From the NCBI RefSeq assembly GCF_964355755.1, contig NC_092676.1, positions 30,493,871-30,557,870 of the forward strand: 64,000 bases of DNA, written 5' to 3'. Position numbers and translations under genes: made by a program. This document shows positions 13,301 through 28,100 of this stretch, piece after piece (the first letter of the stretch is position 1; each line of letters opens with the position of its first letter). The stretch is from Antedon mediterranea. Its lineage: Eukaryota; Animalia; Echinodermata. The notes under the pieces were generated by a model that did no database searches, was not told where the DNA came from, and worked only from the letters and a program-made list of their open reading frames with translations.

Positions 13301-16300
13301 TACTAGAGGAAGGTATGTTGCAGCATACTCTAATTTTATATACATTCACCACAAATTTGTATTTTTGTTTCTGATGATAATTTAGGTATACATACAATAA
13401 ATCATTATTAATGGTACAGTATATGTGATAGTATTAATTGTTACAAACAATTGGTCATTTCAAATTGGCAATAATTATGGAAATTAAACTTTAAAAAGCA
13501 TAAAACACCAGTCCTACTAATAACAAATCTACTACCGGCGGAGAGTAGAAATCACTTATTAATGGCAAATTAAAGACAAAAATAATTTAGCATTTTAAAG
13601 TAGGTGGCTACACCATGATATTGATATTTTATGTAGAAGGACCCCAGTGGTGTTTAGTACAACTGATTGAATAAAAGACTTATTGTATATAATAATAAGT
13701 TGATTGCTGATACCTACTGTAAATGATTTTGTTTTTTTTAAAGTGTTGAGCTTCAACATAGCAGTGGAAAGGTGAATTTAAATGTTAAACGTTGGCCAAT
13801 TTGGATTGCTGAAGAAGGTAAAATTTTGTAAAATCAGATTCACTCATCCCATCTAGTTTGTTTTATATCTGGATCAATTTTGAAAAAAAAACATTATATA
13901 TACCATTTGTACACCATTGGCCTAACATAATGCAATTATATATACCATTTGTTCACCATTGACCTAACATAATGCAATTATATATACCATTTGTACACCA
14001 TTGGCCTAACATAATGCAATTATATATACCATTTGTACACCATTGGCCTAACATAATGCAATTATATATACCATTTGTACACCATTGGCCTAACATAATG
14101 CAATTATATATACCATTTGTACACCATTGGCCTAACATAATGCAATTATATATACCATTTGTACACCATTGGCCTAACATAATGTAATTATATATACCAT
14201 TTGTACACCATTGGCCTAACATAATGCAATTATATATACCATTTGTACACCATTGGCCTAACATAATGCAATTATATATACCATTTGTACACCATTGGCC
14301 TAACATAATGCAATTATATATACCATTTGTACACCATTGGCCTAACATAATGCAATTATATATACCATTTGTACACCATTGGCCTAACATAATGCAATTA
14401 TATATACCATTTGTACACCATTGGCCTAACATAATGCAATTATATATACCATTTGTACACCATTGGCCTAACATAATGCAATTATATATACCATTTGTAC
14501 ACCATTGGCCTAACATAATGCAATTATATATACCATTTGTACACCATTGGCCTAACATAATGCAATTATATATACCATTTGTACACCATTGGCCTAACAT
14601 AATGCAATTATATATACCATTTGTACACCATTGGCCTAACATAATGCAATTATATATACCATTTGTACACCATTGGCCTAACATAATGCAATTATATATA
14701 CCATTTGTACACCATTGGCCTAACATAATGCAATTATATATACCATTTGTACACCATTGGCCTAACATAATGCAATTATATATACCATTTGTACACCATT
14801 GGCCTAACATAATGCAATTATATATACCATTTGTACACTATTGGCCTAACATAATACAATTATATATACCATTTGTACACCATTGGCCTAACATAATGCA
14901 ATTATATATATACCATTTGTACACCATTGGCCTAACATAATGCAATTATATATACCATTTGTACACCATTGGCCTAACATAATGCAATTATATATACCAT
15001 TTGTACACTATTGGCCTAACATAATACAATTATATATACCATTTGTACACCATTGGCCTAACATAATGCAATTATATATACCATTTGTACACTATTGGCC
15101 TAACATAATGCAATTATATATACCATTTGTACACCATTGGCCTAACATAATGCAATTATATATACCATTTGTACACTATTGGCCTAACATAATACAATTA
15201 TATATACCATTTGTACACCATTGGCCTAACATAATGCAATTATATATACCATTTGTACACCATTGGCCTAACATAATGCAATTATATATACCATTTGTAC
15301 ACCATTGGCCTAACATAATGCAATTATATATACCATTTGTACACCATTGGCCTAACATAATGCAATTATATATACCATTTGTACACTATTGGCCTAACAT
15401 AATACAATTATATATATACCATTTGTACACCATTGGCCTAACATAATGCAATTATATATACCATTTGTACACCATTGGCCTAACATAATGCAATTATATA
15501 TACCATTTGTACACCATTGGCCTAACATAATGCAATTATATATACCATTTGTACACCATTGGCCTAACATAATGCAATTATATATACCATTTGTACACCA
15601 TTGGCCTAACATAATGCAATTATATATACCATTTGTACACCATTGGCCTAACATAATGTAATTATATATACCATTTGTACACCATTGGCCTAACATAATG
15701 CAATTATATATACCATTTGTACACCATTGGCCTAACATAATGCAATTATATATACCATTTGTACACCATTGGCCTAACATAATGCAATTATATATACCAT
15801 TTGTACACCATTGGCCTAACATAATGCAATTATATATACCATTTGTACACCATTGGCCTAACATAATGCAATTATATATACCATTTGTACACCATTGGCC
15901 TAACATAATGCAATTATATATACCATTTGTACACCATTGGCCTAACATAATGCAATTATATATACCATTTGTACACCATTGGCCTAACATAATGCAATTA
16001 TATATACCATTTGTACACCATTGGCCTAACATAATGCAATTATATATACCATTTGTACACCATTGGCCTAACATAATGCAATTATATATACCATTTGTAC
16101 ACCATTGGCCTAACATAATGCAATTATATATACCATTTGTACACCATTGGCCTAACATAATGCAATTATATATACCATTTGTACACCATTGGCCTAACAT
16201 AATGCAATTATATATACCATTTGTACACCATTGGCCTAACATAATGCAATTATATATATACCATTTGTACACCATTGGCCTAACATAATGCAATTATATA

Positions 16301-17903
16301 TACCATTTGTACACCATTGGCCTAACATAATGCAATTACTATTATGTCTATTCTATATAATTTAAATAAATAAATAAATAAATAAATAATATAATTTAAA
16401 TAAACTATTTGCCAGATTCACAAAAGTTCTGTCGCCAAGTTTATGGTTTATAAATGTATATTACACCAATTTATTACACTAAACTGTCTATTAAACCTTG
16501 AATTAATATAATTGTTTAATATAATATAATTTCAGTTCTGATTCTGTCAGGGAACTTAGGAAAATGATTGTGTATGTATTTCAGGTTTGTACTCTGGTGT
16601 TGATCGTCAGTATAGTGTAAAAGCATCCACTGTATGTCAAGCTATCATCATAAATAATTCACACATAACAGATATTGCTGACAGGGTGAGTCAACTTAAA
16701 ATGTTATTTCAATATATTTATAATTTTAGAATGTGTAATCTCTCTAATTTCAATTTATTGCTTATTTTTTTTAGTACAAATCAGGTGCTGGTTTAACATT
16801 GACGAAAACTTTAGATCAGTGGAGCAAATTATATGAACGATGGTCTCCTGAATTATTTAAAAAATATCAAGCACATTTACAAATAGAGGTAAGTAGAGAA
16901 GCTGAATATTCTTTAATAATGCCTTTTAATTTTGTTGTTAAATCTAACCTATTTGCATCTTTTTCCAGACAATTTTAAAATACGTTGGTGATTGTCAATT
17001 ATTACAAGATGTTCCAGTGGGTTTTCTTTATTCTTTGGTTATAGCAAGTGCTGTACATGAATACCAGGAAGACATAACAATTGTAGGTAAGGATTATTTG
17101 GGTTATTACAACATCAATTGAGTTTGCTGTAGGAGTCCCCCTGGGTCTAGCATGTGTGATACGTGTTAAATTGAATTGAATTGAACATCTAAAACAAAGA
17201 CAGTGAAAATCAAATTTCGCTATTTAAAGTACAACTAACATTAAAAATCACCTTATTGTTTAAAAACTAATTTACATACATTTTTACAATTACATGATTC
17301 TTTTACTCTAAAACTATTAAACCAAATAACTAACACTTTATTATGTTGCATTTATTTACAAAGCTGATAAAGACAATCTTAATGCAAGCTTGAAAAGGAG
17401 CAACTCAAAAAGGAAGTCAATGAAAAAAGAATCTGCACAAGGAGGAGTGAGCTCTATCCTGAAACCAGGTCAATTTTATGCAAATGTTGCATCTGATCAT
17501 TTTAAAGAGGAAGACAGATTTTTACTATTATTTGAAGGATCTGTTAAAGTAAAATATTCTGGAAAAAGTTCTGGGAATTTACTTGAAACAGGCAAACTAT
17601 TTTGTAAGTGCCTATTGTAAAAATGTGTAAGCATATAAAATGTTACAGATGTTATTGCCTTATAATTGTCAATAGACAAGTTTATAGAAATAATGAAACA
17701 TTTGATGTGAATAATGACAATATACTAGTTTATATCCTTACTATTTTATTCTTTATACAGACATTCCATCAAGTAAGATGATGCAGTGTACAGTAATTGT
17801 GAAATCTACCGCCATTTTGCTCCGATTTACAGGAACAGTGTTTTTACATACTTGTAAAGACTACCCAAAGGCCATCCTCAACTTACCAAACAAATCAAGG
17901 TGA
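10359..17903 (+). CDS. Protein with multiple cyclic-nucleotide-binding (CNB/Crp-like) domains and an N-terminal MGAGAS myristoylation-like motif; exons approx. 10359-10554, 12494-12653, 12818-12986, 13155-13312, 13744-13817, 16585-16685, 16775-16888, 16969-17086, 17364-17603, 17761-17903
   Basis: Spliced translation gives GIYIILSGEVHV...LPGDFFGEISTLFYIPCTAHV (CNB fold signature), then IPMFQNW...FPAGSVIQQLGQPANEITVITRG and LLLFEGSVKV. GT-AG junctions; internal exon borders are approximate. Confidence 0.75.
10598..11980. mobile_element. CpG-rich intronic insertion, probable non-autonomous element containing a tRNA-like head and a long palindrome
   Basis: Sharp rise in CpG/GCGC content. Short imperfect inverted match gattctgtcagaatcttta (~10599) vs taaagattctgagaaaatc (~11959). 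Confidence 0.4.
11682..11898. repeat. Perfect palindrome, 108-bp arms with 1-nt spacer
   Basis: aaacgaaacgaaataaaa...aaacacaaa-a-tttgtgttt...ttttatttcgtttcgttt, centre at 11790. Confidence 0.95.
12121..12361 (+). mobile_element. tRNA-derived SINE
   Basis: A-box TAGCCGAGTGG, B-box GGTTCAATTCC, central CCACTCAGCTGTAAATGAGTACC, 3' (CCTTTA)2 tail. Confidence 0.8.
13894..16338. repeat. 42-bp minisatellite, ~58 copies, intronic
   Basis: Unit attatatataccatttgtacaccattggcctaacataatgca, nearly invariant; explains the repetitive ORFs at 13953-16293. Confidence 0.98.
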
Positions 17904-19155
17904 ATGTGAAGATTTCAATACAAAATCAAGCACAAATGAAAGTGTGTTACTTCCACAATATCCACATTATTTATTGACTTTTACTGATTGTATTGCTGAT
18001 TCTGAGATGATGATTGGAAAAAAGCACTTTGTAATTCTTTTCCAGTTAATGCACAATCAACGGTGAATTGCAAAAATTAATTCTTTATAAATCAAATGTT
18101 GTTAACTTGCTTTTATATAAATATGTCATCTATTTAAGTTTTGAATAAATTTAGTATACTACTATTAGTCTTTAGTTACTAAATGTACAACACAAAAGTA
18201 TATTTATAAACCAAAATGTTGCAGATATTTTCTAGTTCTATCTTCGCCCTGCACTAGAATCTTGTTGAGTATCTGAAATTGTAATAACATTATTAAGTGG
18301 TGTAGCTCTGCGTTGTTCCCATTCAAGTAAGATTGTGTTGATAATTATCTTGTAATGGCCGATCTACTAGTAGTACTATGATTTCAAAACATAAATTGTC
18401 GTGACATCTTTTGGTTGAATGCCATGTTTTTCCTGTTGAAAACTGAATTAAAAGAAAAAGAAATAATTAACAACGTTTACTTGCTTTATTTAAATTCTGA
18501 TAGACCTATACACAGTAAACTATGTGTATATTATTTACTATAGCAAAATGGACAACTTTAATGTGGAGCCTGAACCTGATCCACTACATTTATGTGTATG
18601 TCGACTACTATAAATCATAAGAAGGGCAATGTCTTGTCTTTCTGTTACCAAGTGGTTTCCAAAGAAAAGCTCCTCTAAAAGTAGATAGAACTCGATATTG
18701 ATTTTCTAGATGTGATTATTGACATGCACAGTTTTTATTATATCACAAAATTGTTAGTTTAATCCCAAACAGAAATTGTTTGAGTAAAGGTTTAATAATT
18801 TACAGTCATTGTCATTAAATCACACTAAAAATTATACAATGGATAAACTTCAATTACTTTGTGTCGTTTGTACAATTAGGCCTAGATCATTCCTCTAATA
18901 CCAGCTGGTCATATACTGTTGGGTTATCAGTTGTGTTACGGTACAAATTGCTTCAAACAAGATCTAATTCACATTTTGAAAAAAAACGAAAATCATTCTG
19001 ATAATCAAGTAAAAAAAACATCCAGCCAATCGGATCCATGTATACAAGGGCTCTCATTGATAGGTGTGTGTTGCTGTACGACTCTTGGGTGACGTATGGT
19101 GTGTGGCGGTGTGGGTAATACTGGCTGGTCAACAGAGGGCGTTATTTTAATAAAA

Positions 19156-22100
19156 ATGGCGACTACCAATAAGCAAAACGAGAAGAAATCGGAACAAAAA
19201 ACTGAAAAGAAACAAGGAACAGACCAAGATCGGGAGCTTGTAAGATATATGCGATTAATTATATTTTATAATGTTATACGTGATGGCTGTTTTAAGTTGT
19301 TGTGTGTGTTTATTGTACTTTTACAAACGAAATAACTTTCTGAATATTTGCAGTGTCATGACTCGCATATCACATTGTCATGTTCAGGCACCAAACTTTC
19401 TACTTTGGGTGGGTAGCCAGGGCCCTATAGGCCTAGCCTTGGTAGGGTAAGCCTAGGAGGACATAAGTTAATATCGTACCTGGTTAATCTTTGTCCTAGC
19501 CTCTTTATTTTTAAAAGGCTCTTTGCCTTGCTTGATGTTTTATGTACTGCTCAACTAGCGGATGTTTTCCCTTTTCGCATTTCTTTGTTTGAATTTGTAG
19601 GCCTAAACCTAGGCTAGGCCTAGCCTAGATTTTAGTAATACTAATATTAGTATACCCTATTTACAATACTAGGCCTATTAAAAAGCATTTTATTTAATAC
19701 GACAAGAAACTAAAGTACTGTATGCTAATTTTTACAAAAACCATTTAAAAGTGATTTTTTTTTAGTTTGTAATGTATTGTTGAGAAAAGGAAACCTCTCG
19801 CAATGAACTGAGATGCTGAACTTAATTAAACATGTCTACTCAAATTTTGACACATTTTTCAATTAAGAGAGAAGAAAAACAACAGATATTTCAACTAAAG
19901 CTGTACAGTAACGTCCCATTTCAGATCGGAAGATGTTCACACACAGTCACTGAAGACAATAAAATGTAATTCACAACAAATAATCGACAAGAAATGGATA
20001 AAAAAACAGGAAAATAGAGATAAATGTAGAACTGGTTTATAAAATCTGCCCACCTTGAGCAATACCATCTATTTCTTAAAAGTTTAGATCTGGGATTGCT
20101 ATAGCCTATTACTATCCTTGCGAGTAATGTTTTTGTTTCTTTTTTTTATCTAGTCAGAAGAAGATAAGTTGTTGCAAGATGAACTTAATATGCTTGTTGA
20201 AAGACTTACAGTAAGCAATTTCAATATTTTTACATCCCATTTCATTTTAAATGTGTACAAATAAACCACTTTTTAAAGAAAAAATAGTCTGAGAATTATA
20301 CTTAACTTAAGTTCAATTAAATTATTAATCACTCATTTTCCACAAATTCATTTTATATTCAATTTCTATTTATACTGTATTAATTTACAGGAGGTTGATA
20401 AGACATTGTATAGTCTGTTTTATATTCTATTTCCATTTACAATGTATTTTACAGGAGTCTGATAAAACATTGTATAAACCTGCATTAGAACAGTTGCGCG
20501 TCTTAATCAGGGCTTCAACAAGTTCAATGACCTCAGTTCCTAAGCCACTGAAATTTCTGCATCCTCATTATAGCACATTGATTGCTATTTATGAAAAAAT
20601 CAATGAAGCAGAAAATAAGGTAATAAAATGATTAATAGCATACTTTACATATACAGCATAGCATACAATGCATTGACTCAACACAAAATAATACACCCAC
20701 CAACTCACTATGGGATAATACCTCTACACAAGTTAGATTTTCACATTGTATTTCAGTATCTACACCACTATTGCCTCTACACAGGGGTTAGGGTTAGTAA
20801 CCTGATTGTATGAATTCATTATCCACACTTTCTTCTACACAAATGTATTAACTAATTAAGATTTTGACGTTTCTGATTTTCACCCAAACCACTAATTGGC
20901 AAGTTGCCTCTACACAAATGTATTAACTAATTTAGATTTTCATGTTAAGCGTTCATTACACAAAAGACCACTGCCTCAACTGTATTATTAACAAAATTTC
21001 TATGTAAATTTACAGAAATTTTGTGCAGACATTCTATCCGTTCTGGGTATGACAATGAGTGACAGCAGAGATTGTCTTAAGTACCGTTTACTTGGATCCA
21101 AAGAAGAGATAGGCTCATGGGGTCATGAATATGTCAGGTATTTATTTTCTTTAGGGAGGGAGGAAGTGTTTAAGTGTATTTAAATAATTTGTAGGAAGGT
21201 TACATAGTGCCATGGCTTTTTGATAATATCAGAAATGATGTCCTCCTCACACATAAACTGTGCGCCCATTAGCCCTGATGAAGGAAACTTTTTAGTTTTG
21301 TTTAGCCTTTTGTTTTGTATCTCTATTATTGTTACCCACCTTATTGTTTTTTAGCAATTTGCTTTTGGATTTATATTTATTGTATGTTAAGTAATAGCAA
21401 ACAAGGTAAGTAAATTTACAGTCCTTCAATTAACAAATTAATTGTGTTAATTTTTGTTGTGTTTGTCTAACTAGGCATTTAGCTGGTGAAATTGGCCAAG
21501 CATGGAATGAACTAGAGGATGACAAAAAAACAAATGAAGAAAAAGAGAAACTCCTATATTTGACACGTGAAATAATACCATATCACATGAATCACAATGC
21601 TGAAGCCGAAGCTTGTGACCTGCTAATGGAAATTGATAGACTAGACCTTTTAGAATCATTTGTTGACAATGATGCATTTTCACGTGTGTGTTTGTACTTA
21701 ACAAGGTTAGTAGCATATTGATTGATTGTAATAAAATAATGCAGTGTTCAGCATATCTTGTAACATTATTAAAAGTTATTTTATTATTTATAGTTGTGTT
21801 AACTATGTTCCTGAACCAGAAGATTCAACCTTGCTCCATACAGCTCTTGGAATATTTCGTAAATTTGACCGTTACCCAGAAGCTCTTCGTCTTGCTATTC
21901 GTCTTAACAATATTAAGCTTGTTGAAGAAATATTTACAACATGTAAAGATAGGTATGTCTTTGTGTTTTAGAATGATATGTCTTTGTGTTTTAGAATAGT
22001 ACAACTGGCTTAAATGTTGTGTATGCAGCACATAACTTATCCAATTTTTGTTTCAGAATGGTACAAAAACAAATGGCTTACATGTTAGGTATGCAGCAGA

Positions 22101-25100
22101 TATTCTTGGAACTGAATGAAGAAATGGAAGAATATGATGACCTTGTTGAAATCATGTCAAATTCTCATCTAAATACAAACTTTTTATCACTTGGTAGAGA
22201 GGTTAGTAACTTTCAAACTATGGTTGTGTGTGTGAGTCCATTGGGTTATGTTTGAAAATGCATACAATATAATGTTTTCCTGCGTATCTATGTAACATTG
22301 TTATTTAATTTAAAACTAAAAAATACAAAATCAACATTACATTTTTTAGCTCGACATTATGGAACCAAAAGTCCCGGAGGACATTTATAAAAGTCATCTA
22401 GATTCAAGTAAGTTTGTTTTTCTTTTGTTTGAAAATCTTGCATTATCAATGTTAACAAACAATTTGTTTTAAACAAAATTTGTAGTTTTAAATCAATTTA
22501 TGTACTATATTTATTCGAATAAATGCCTTGAAGCATTTATTGTTGAGGAGGGATTTTTATTTTATCATTATATTTTTATTATGAGCTTTAATAAATTGTG
22601 ATTGTATCTTTAGGATCATCGTTTGGTCAAACATCGTCTCAAGTAGATTCAGCTCGACAGAACTTGTCATCTTCATTTGTTAATGGTTTTGTAAATGCTG
22701 GCTTTGGACAAGACAAGCTTATTACTGAAGATGGAAATAGCTGGATTTATAAAAATAAAGAACATGGTGAGGTCACACATTCTACCATTTTAAGATAGCA
22801 TTCCTGATATTTGCAATTTATTTTATATATGTTTAATTTTTAATGCAATTGTTTTAAAAACTACTTAAGCATTTTGTACTCAGATTGTCTGAAACCAATT
22901 TGAAATTATGTACTTAAACACATTTGACAATGTATAGTCATCATACTATTGTCATTATTGTTAAAGGTATGATGAGTACAACAGCTTCTCTAGGATTGAT
23001 TCTTCTTTGGGATGTGGATGGTGGATTAACCCAAATTGATAAGTATCTTTATTCATCAGATGATTATATTAAGGTAATTTTTTAACTGAATAATTATTTT
23101 ATTATTACTAATTATTTGATACTGCTCATTTATGATAATTAGAATAAGTTAATATCCAAGAGTACAGTTTAACTTAAAATATAAAAAATGCACTCTCCTA
23201 TTTATACACTTGTTTCAGTCTGGTGCACTGCTTGCTTGTGGTATTGTTAACTCAGGAGTGCGAAATGAGTGTGACCCTGCTAGAGCACTCTTGTCTGATT
23301 ATGTTCTGCATAGTAATAATACAATGAGAATAGGAGCCATATTTGGGTAAGTATAAAATGATTAAATAAATGACAAATAATTGCTACAGTTAAATCATTC
23401 CCTTATAAAACTTGACAATGTTAATTTATAAAGATATCCGGTATTCTTAGTTGTACTTTCTACAGCCAGACATTATCTATACTATATGCTTGGGAGTATG
23501 ATCCAACCAACTAACTTAGGATTAATTCATGTTTAATGCAATCCTAGTTTAAATTGGATACTCTATAATTTTCATTTCATACTCAGGCCCCCTGGAACTT
23601 GTTCATTTCATACCCAGGCCCCCTGGAACTTGTTTATTAATTCTTATAAGCTAACACAAAGGGAAGATGGGTAATAGTGCTTCATCAAAACATGCTTCAA
23701 ACATTTTTCATCCATATTTTCCTTGCTTAAATTTATTTTGTTTAGACTTGGTTTGGCTTATGCAGGCTCTAACAGTGAAGATGTACTTGGCTGCCTACTT
23801 CCAGTAATGTCTGATTCTAAGTCTAATATGGAGGTAATAGGAATAACAGCTGTAGCATGTGGTATGATTGCAGTTGGAAGTTGTAATGGGGATGTAACGT
23901 CTACCATTTTACAGACCATGATGGATAAGACCAAATCACGACTGAAAGAAACTCATGCCAGATTCTTAGCCTTGGGGCTTGGCTTAGCTTACCTAGGTAT
24001 GTTTGTTTCAATTTTTATAGACAGCTTAATAATATGTTCTCATCAGTAACAAGCAAACAATGAATGTATCAATATATTGATCTATAAACAGGTAAACAAG
24101 AATCTGTAGATGCTACTCTAGCTGCTTTAGATGTCATTCCAGAACCATTTAAACAGTTTGCTAAGATTCTTGTGGAGGTCTGTGCTTATGCAGGTAATTT
24201 TATGCTACTTGGATACAAACTTATTTCATATATAAAAGGGAAAAAATGAACAAAACATCTTCTGTTTACAGATAGGAGTAATATAACTGAACCCTCAATT
24301 ACATAGGGCACAGGCCTGCTGCTGTTATCTGGTGATTTACAGATAGTAGTAATTTAACTGAACCCTCAATTACATAGGGCACAGGCCTGCTGCTGTTATC
24401 TGGTGATTTACAGATAGGAGTAATATAACTGAACCCTCAATTACATAGGGCACAGGCCTGCTGCTGTTATCTGGTGATTTACAGATAGGAGTAATATAAC
24501 TGAACCCTCAATTACATAGGGCACAGGCCTGCTGCTTTTATCTGATGATTTACAGATAGTAGTAATTTAACTGAACCCTCAATTACATAGGGCACAGGCC
24601 TGCTGCTGTTATCTGGTGATTTACAGATAGGAGTAATATAACTGAACCCTCAATTACATAGGGCACAGGCCTGCTGCTGTTATCTGGTGATTTACAGATA
24701 GGAGTAATATAACTGAACCCTCAATTACATAGGGCACAGGCCTGCTGCTGTTATCTGGTGATTTACAGATAGTAGTAATATAACTGAACCCTCAATTACA
24801 TAGGGCACAGGCCTGCTGCTGTTATCTGGTGATTTACAGATAGTAGTAATATAACTGAACCCTCAATTACATAGGGCACAGGCCTGCTGCTGTTATCTGG
24901 TGATTTACAGATAGTAGTAATATAACTGAACCCTCAATTACATAGGGCACAGGCCTGCTGCTGTTATCTGGTGATTTACAGATAGGAGTAATATAACTGA
25001 ACCCTCAATTACATAGGGCACAGGCCTGCTGCTGTTATCTGGTGTTGTACAGAGAGGAGTAATATAACTGAACCCTCAATTACATAGGGCACAGGCCTGC

Positions 25101-28100
25101 TGCTGTTATCTGGTGTTGTACAGATAGGAGTAATATAACTGAACCCTCAATTACATAGGGCACAGGCCTGCTGCTGTTATCTGGTGTTGTACAGATAGGA
25201 GTAATATAACTGAACCCTCAATTACATAGGGCACAGGCCTGCTGCTGTTATCTGGTGATTTACAGATAGGAGTAATATAACTGAACCCTCAATTACATAG
25301 GGCACAGGCCTGCTGCTGTTATCTGGTGATTTACAGATAGGAGTAATATAACTGAACCCTCAATTACATAGGGCACAGGCCTGCTGCTGTTATCTGGTGT
25401 TGTACAGATAGTAGTAATATAACTGAACCCTCAATTACATAGGGCACAGGCCTGCTGCTGTTATCTGGTGATTTACAGATAGTAGTAATATAACTGAACC
25501 CTCAATTACATAGGGCACAGGCCTGCTGCTGTTATCTGGTGTTGTACAGAGAGGAGTAATATAACTGAACCCTCAATTACATAGGGCACAGGCCTGCTGC
25601 TGTTATCTGGTGTTGTACAGAGAGGAGTAATATAACTGAACCCTCAATTACATAGGGCACAGGCCTGCTGCTGTTATCTGGTGTTGTACAGATAGGAGTA
25701 ATATAACTGAACCCTCAATTACATAGGGCACAGGCCTGCTGCTGTTATCTGGTGATTTACAGATAGGAGTAATATAACTGAACCCTCAATTACATAGGGC
25801 ACAGGCCTGCTGCTGTTATCTGGTGATTTACAGATAGGAGTAATATAACTGAACCCTCAATTACATAGGGCACAGGCCTGCTGCTGTTATCTGGTGATTT
25901 ACAGATAGGAGTAATATAACTGAACCCTCAATTACATAGGGCACAGGCCTGCTGCTGTTATCTGGTGATTTACAGATAGTAGTAATATAACTGAACCCTC
26001 AATTACATAGGGCACAGGCCTGCTGCTGTTATCTGGTGATTTACAGATAGGAGTAATATAACTGAACCCTCAATTACATAGGGCACAGGCCTGCTGCTGT
26101 TATCTGGTGATTTACAGATAGGAGTAATATAACTGAACCCTCAATTACATAGGGCACAGGCCTGCTGCTGTTATCTGGTGATTTACAGATAGGAGTAATA
26201 TAACTGAACCCTCAATTACATAGGGCACAGGCCTGCTGCTTTTATCTGATGATTTACAGATAGTAGTAATTTAACTGAACCCTCAATTACATAGGGCACA
26301 GGCCTGCTGCTGTTATCTGGTGATTTACAGATAGGAGTAATATAACTGAACCCTCAATTACATAGGGCACAGGCCTGCTGCTGTTATCTGGTGATTTACA
26401 GATAGGAGTAATATAACTGAACCCTCAATTACATAGGTCACAGGCCTGCTGCTGTTATCTGGTGATTTACAGATAGTAGTAATATAACTGAACCCTCAAT
26501 TACATAGGGCACAGGCCTGCTGCTGTTATCTGGTGATTTACAGATAGGAGTAATATAACTGAACCCTCAATTACATAGGGCACAGGCCTGCTGCTGTTAT
26601 CTGGTGATTTACAGATAGGAGTAATATAACTGAACCCTCAATTACATAGGGCACAGGCCTGCTGCTGTTATCTGGTGATTTACAGATAGTAGTAATATAA
26701 CTGAACCCTCAATTACATAGGGCACAGGCCTGCTGCTGTTATCTGGTGTTGTACAGAGAGGAGTAAAATAACTGAACCCTCAATTACATAGGGCACAGGC
26801 CTGCTGCTGTTATCTGGTGTTGTACAGAGAGGAGTAATATAACTGAACCCTCAATTACACAGGGCACAGGCCTGCTGCTGTTATCTGGTGTTGTACAGAT
26901 AGGAGTAATATAACTGAACCCTCAATTACATAGGGCACAGGCCTGCTGCTGTTATCTGGTGATTTACAGATAGGAGTAATATAACTGAACCCTCAATTAC
27001 ATAGGGCACAGGCCTGCTGCTGTTATCTGGTGATTTACAGATAGGAGTAATATAACTGAACCCTCAATTACATAGGGCACAGGCCTGCTGCTGTTATCTG
27101 GTGATTTACAGATAGTAGTAATATAACTGAACCCTCAATTACATAGGGCACAGGCCTGCTGCTGTTATCTGGTGATTTACAGATAGGAGTAATATAACTG
27201 AACCCTCAATTACATAGGGCACAGGCCTGCTGCTGTTATCTGGTGATTTACAGATAGGAGTAATATAACTGAACCCTCAATTACATAGGGCACAGGCCTG
27301 CTGCTGTTATCTGGTGATTTACAGATAGGAGTAATATAACTGAACCCTCAATTACATAGGGCACAGGCCTGCTGCTGTTATCTGGTGATTTACAGATAGG
27401 AGTAATATAACTGAACCCTCAATTACATAGGGCACAGGCCTGCTGCTGTTATATCTGGTGATTTACAGATAGGAGTAATATAACTGAACCCTCAATTACA
27501 TAGGGCACAGGCCTGCTGCTGTTATCTGGTGATTTACAGATAGGAGTAATATAACTGAACCCTCAATTACATAGGGCACAGGCCTGCTGCTGTTATCTGG
27601 TGATTTACAGATAGGAGTAATATAACTGAACCCTCAATTACATAGGGCACAGGCCTGCTGCTGTTATCTGGTGATTTACAGATAGTAGTAATATAACTGA
27701 ACCCTCAATTACATAGGGCACAGGCCTGCTGCTGTTATCTGGTGATTTACAGATAGGAGTAATATAACTAAACCCTCAATTACATAGGGCACAGGCCTGC
27801 TGCTGTTATCTGGTGTTGTACAGAGAAGAGTAATATAACTGAACCCTCAATTACATAGGGCACAGGCCTGCTGCTGTTATCTGGTGATTTACAGATAGGA
27901 GTAATATAACTGAACCCTCAATTACATAGGGCACAGGCCTGCTGCTGTTATCTGGTGATTTACAGATAGGAGTAATATAACTGAACCCTCAATTACATAG
28001 GGCACAGGCCTGCTGCTGTTATCTGGTGATTTACAGATAGTAGTAATATAACTGAACCCTCAATTACATAGGGCACAGGCCTGCTGCTGTTATCTGGTGA

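Noticed and set aside
13953-16293. Long repetitive ORFs (MLGQWCTNGIYNCI / MQLYIPFVHHWPNI)n
   Set aside because: By-products of a 42-bp (multiple of 3) intronic minisatellite, open on both strands; no evidence of coding function.
18230-18445. Minus-strand exon-like segment upstream of PSMD2
   Set aside because: An acceptor-like site is present but there is no sustained or recognisable reading frame; could be noncoding.
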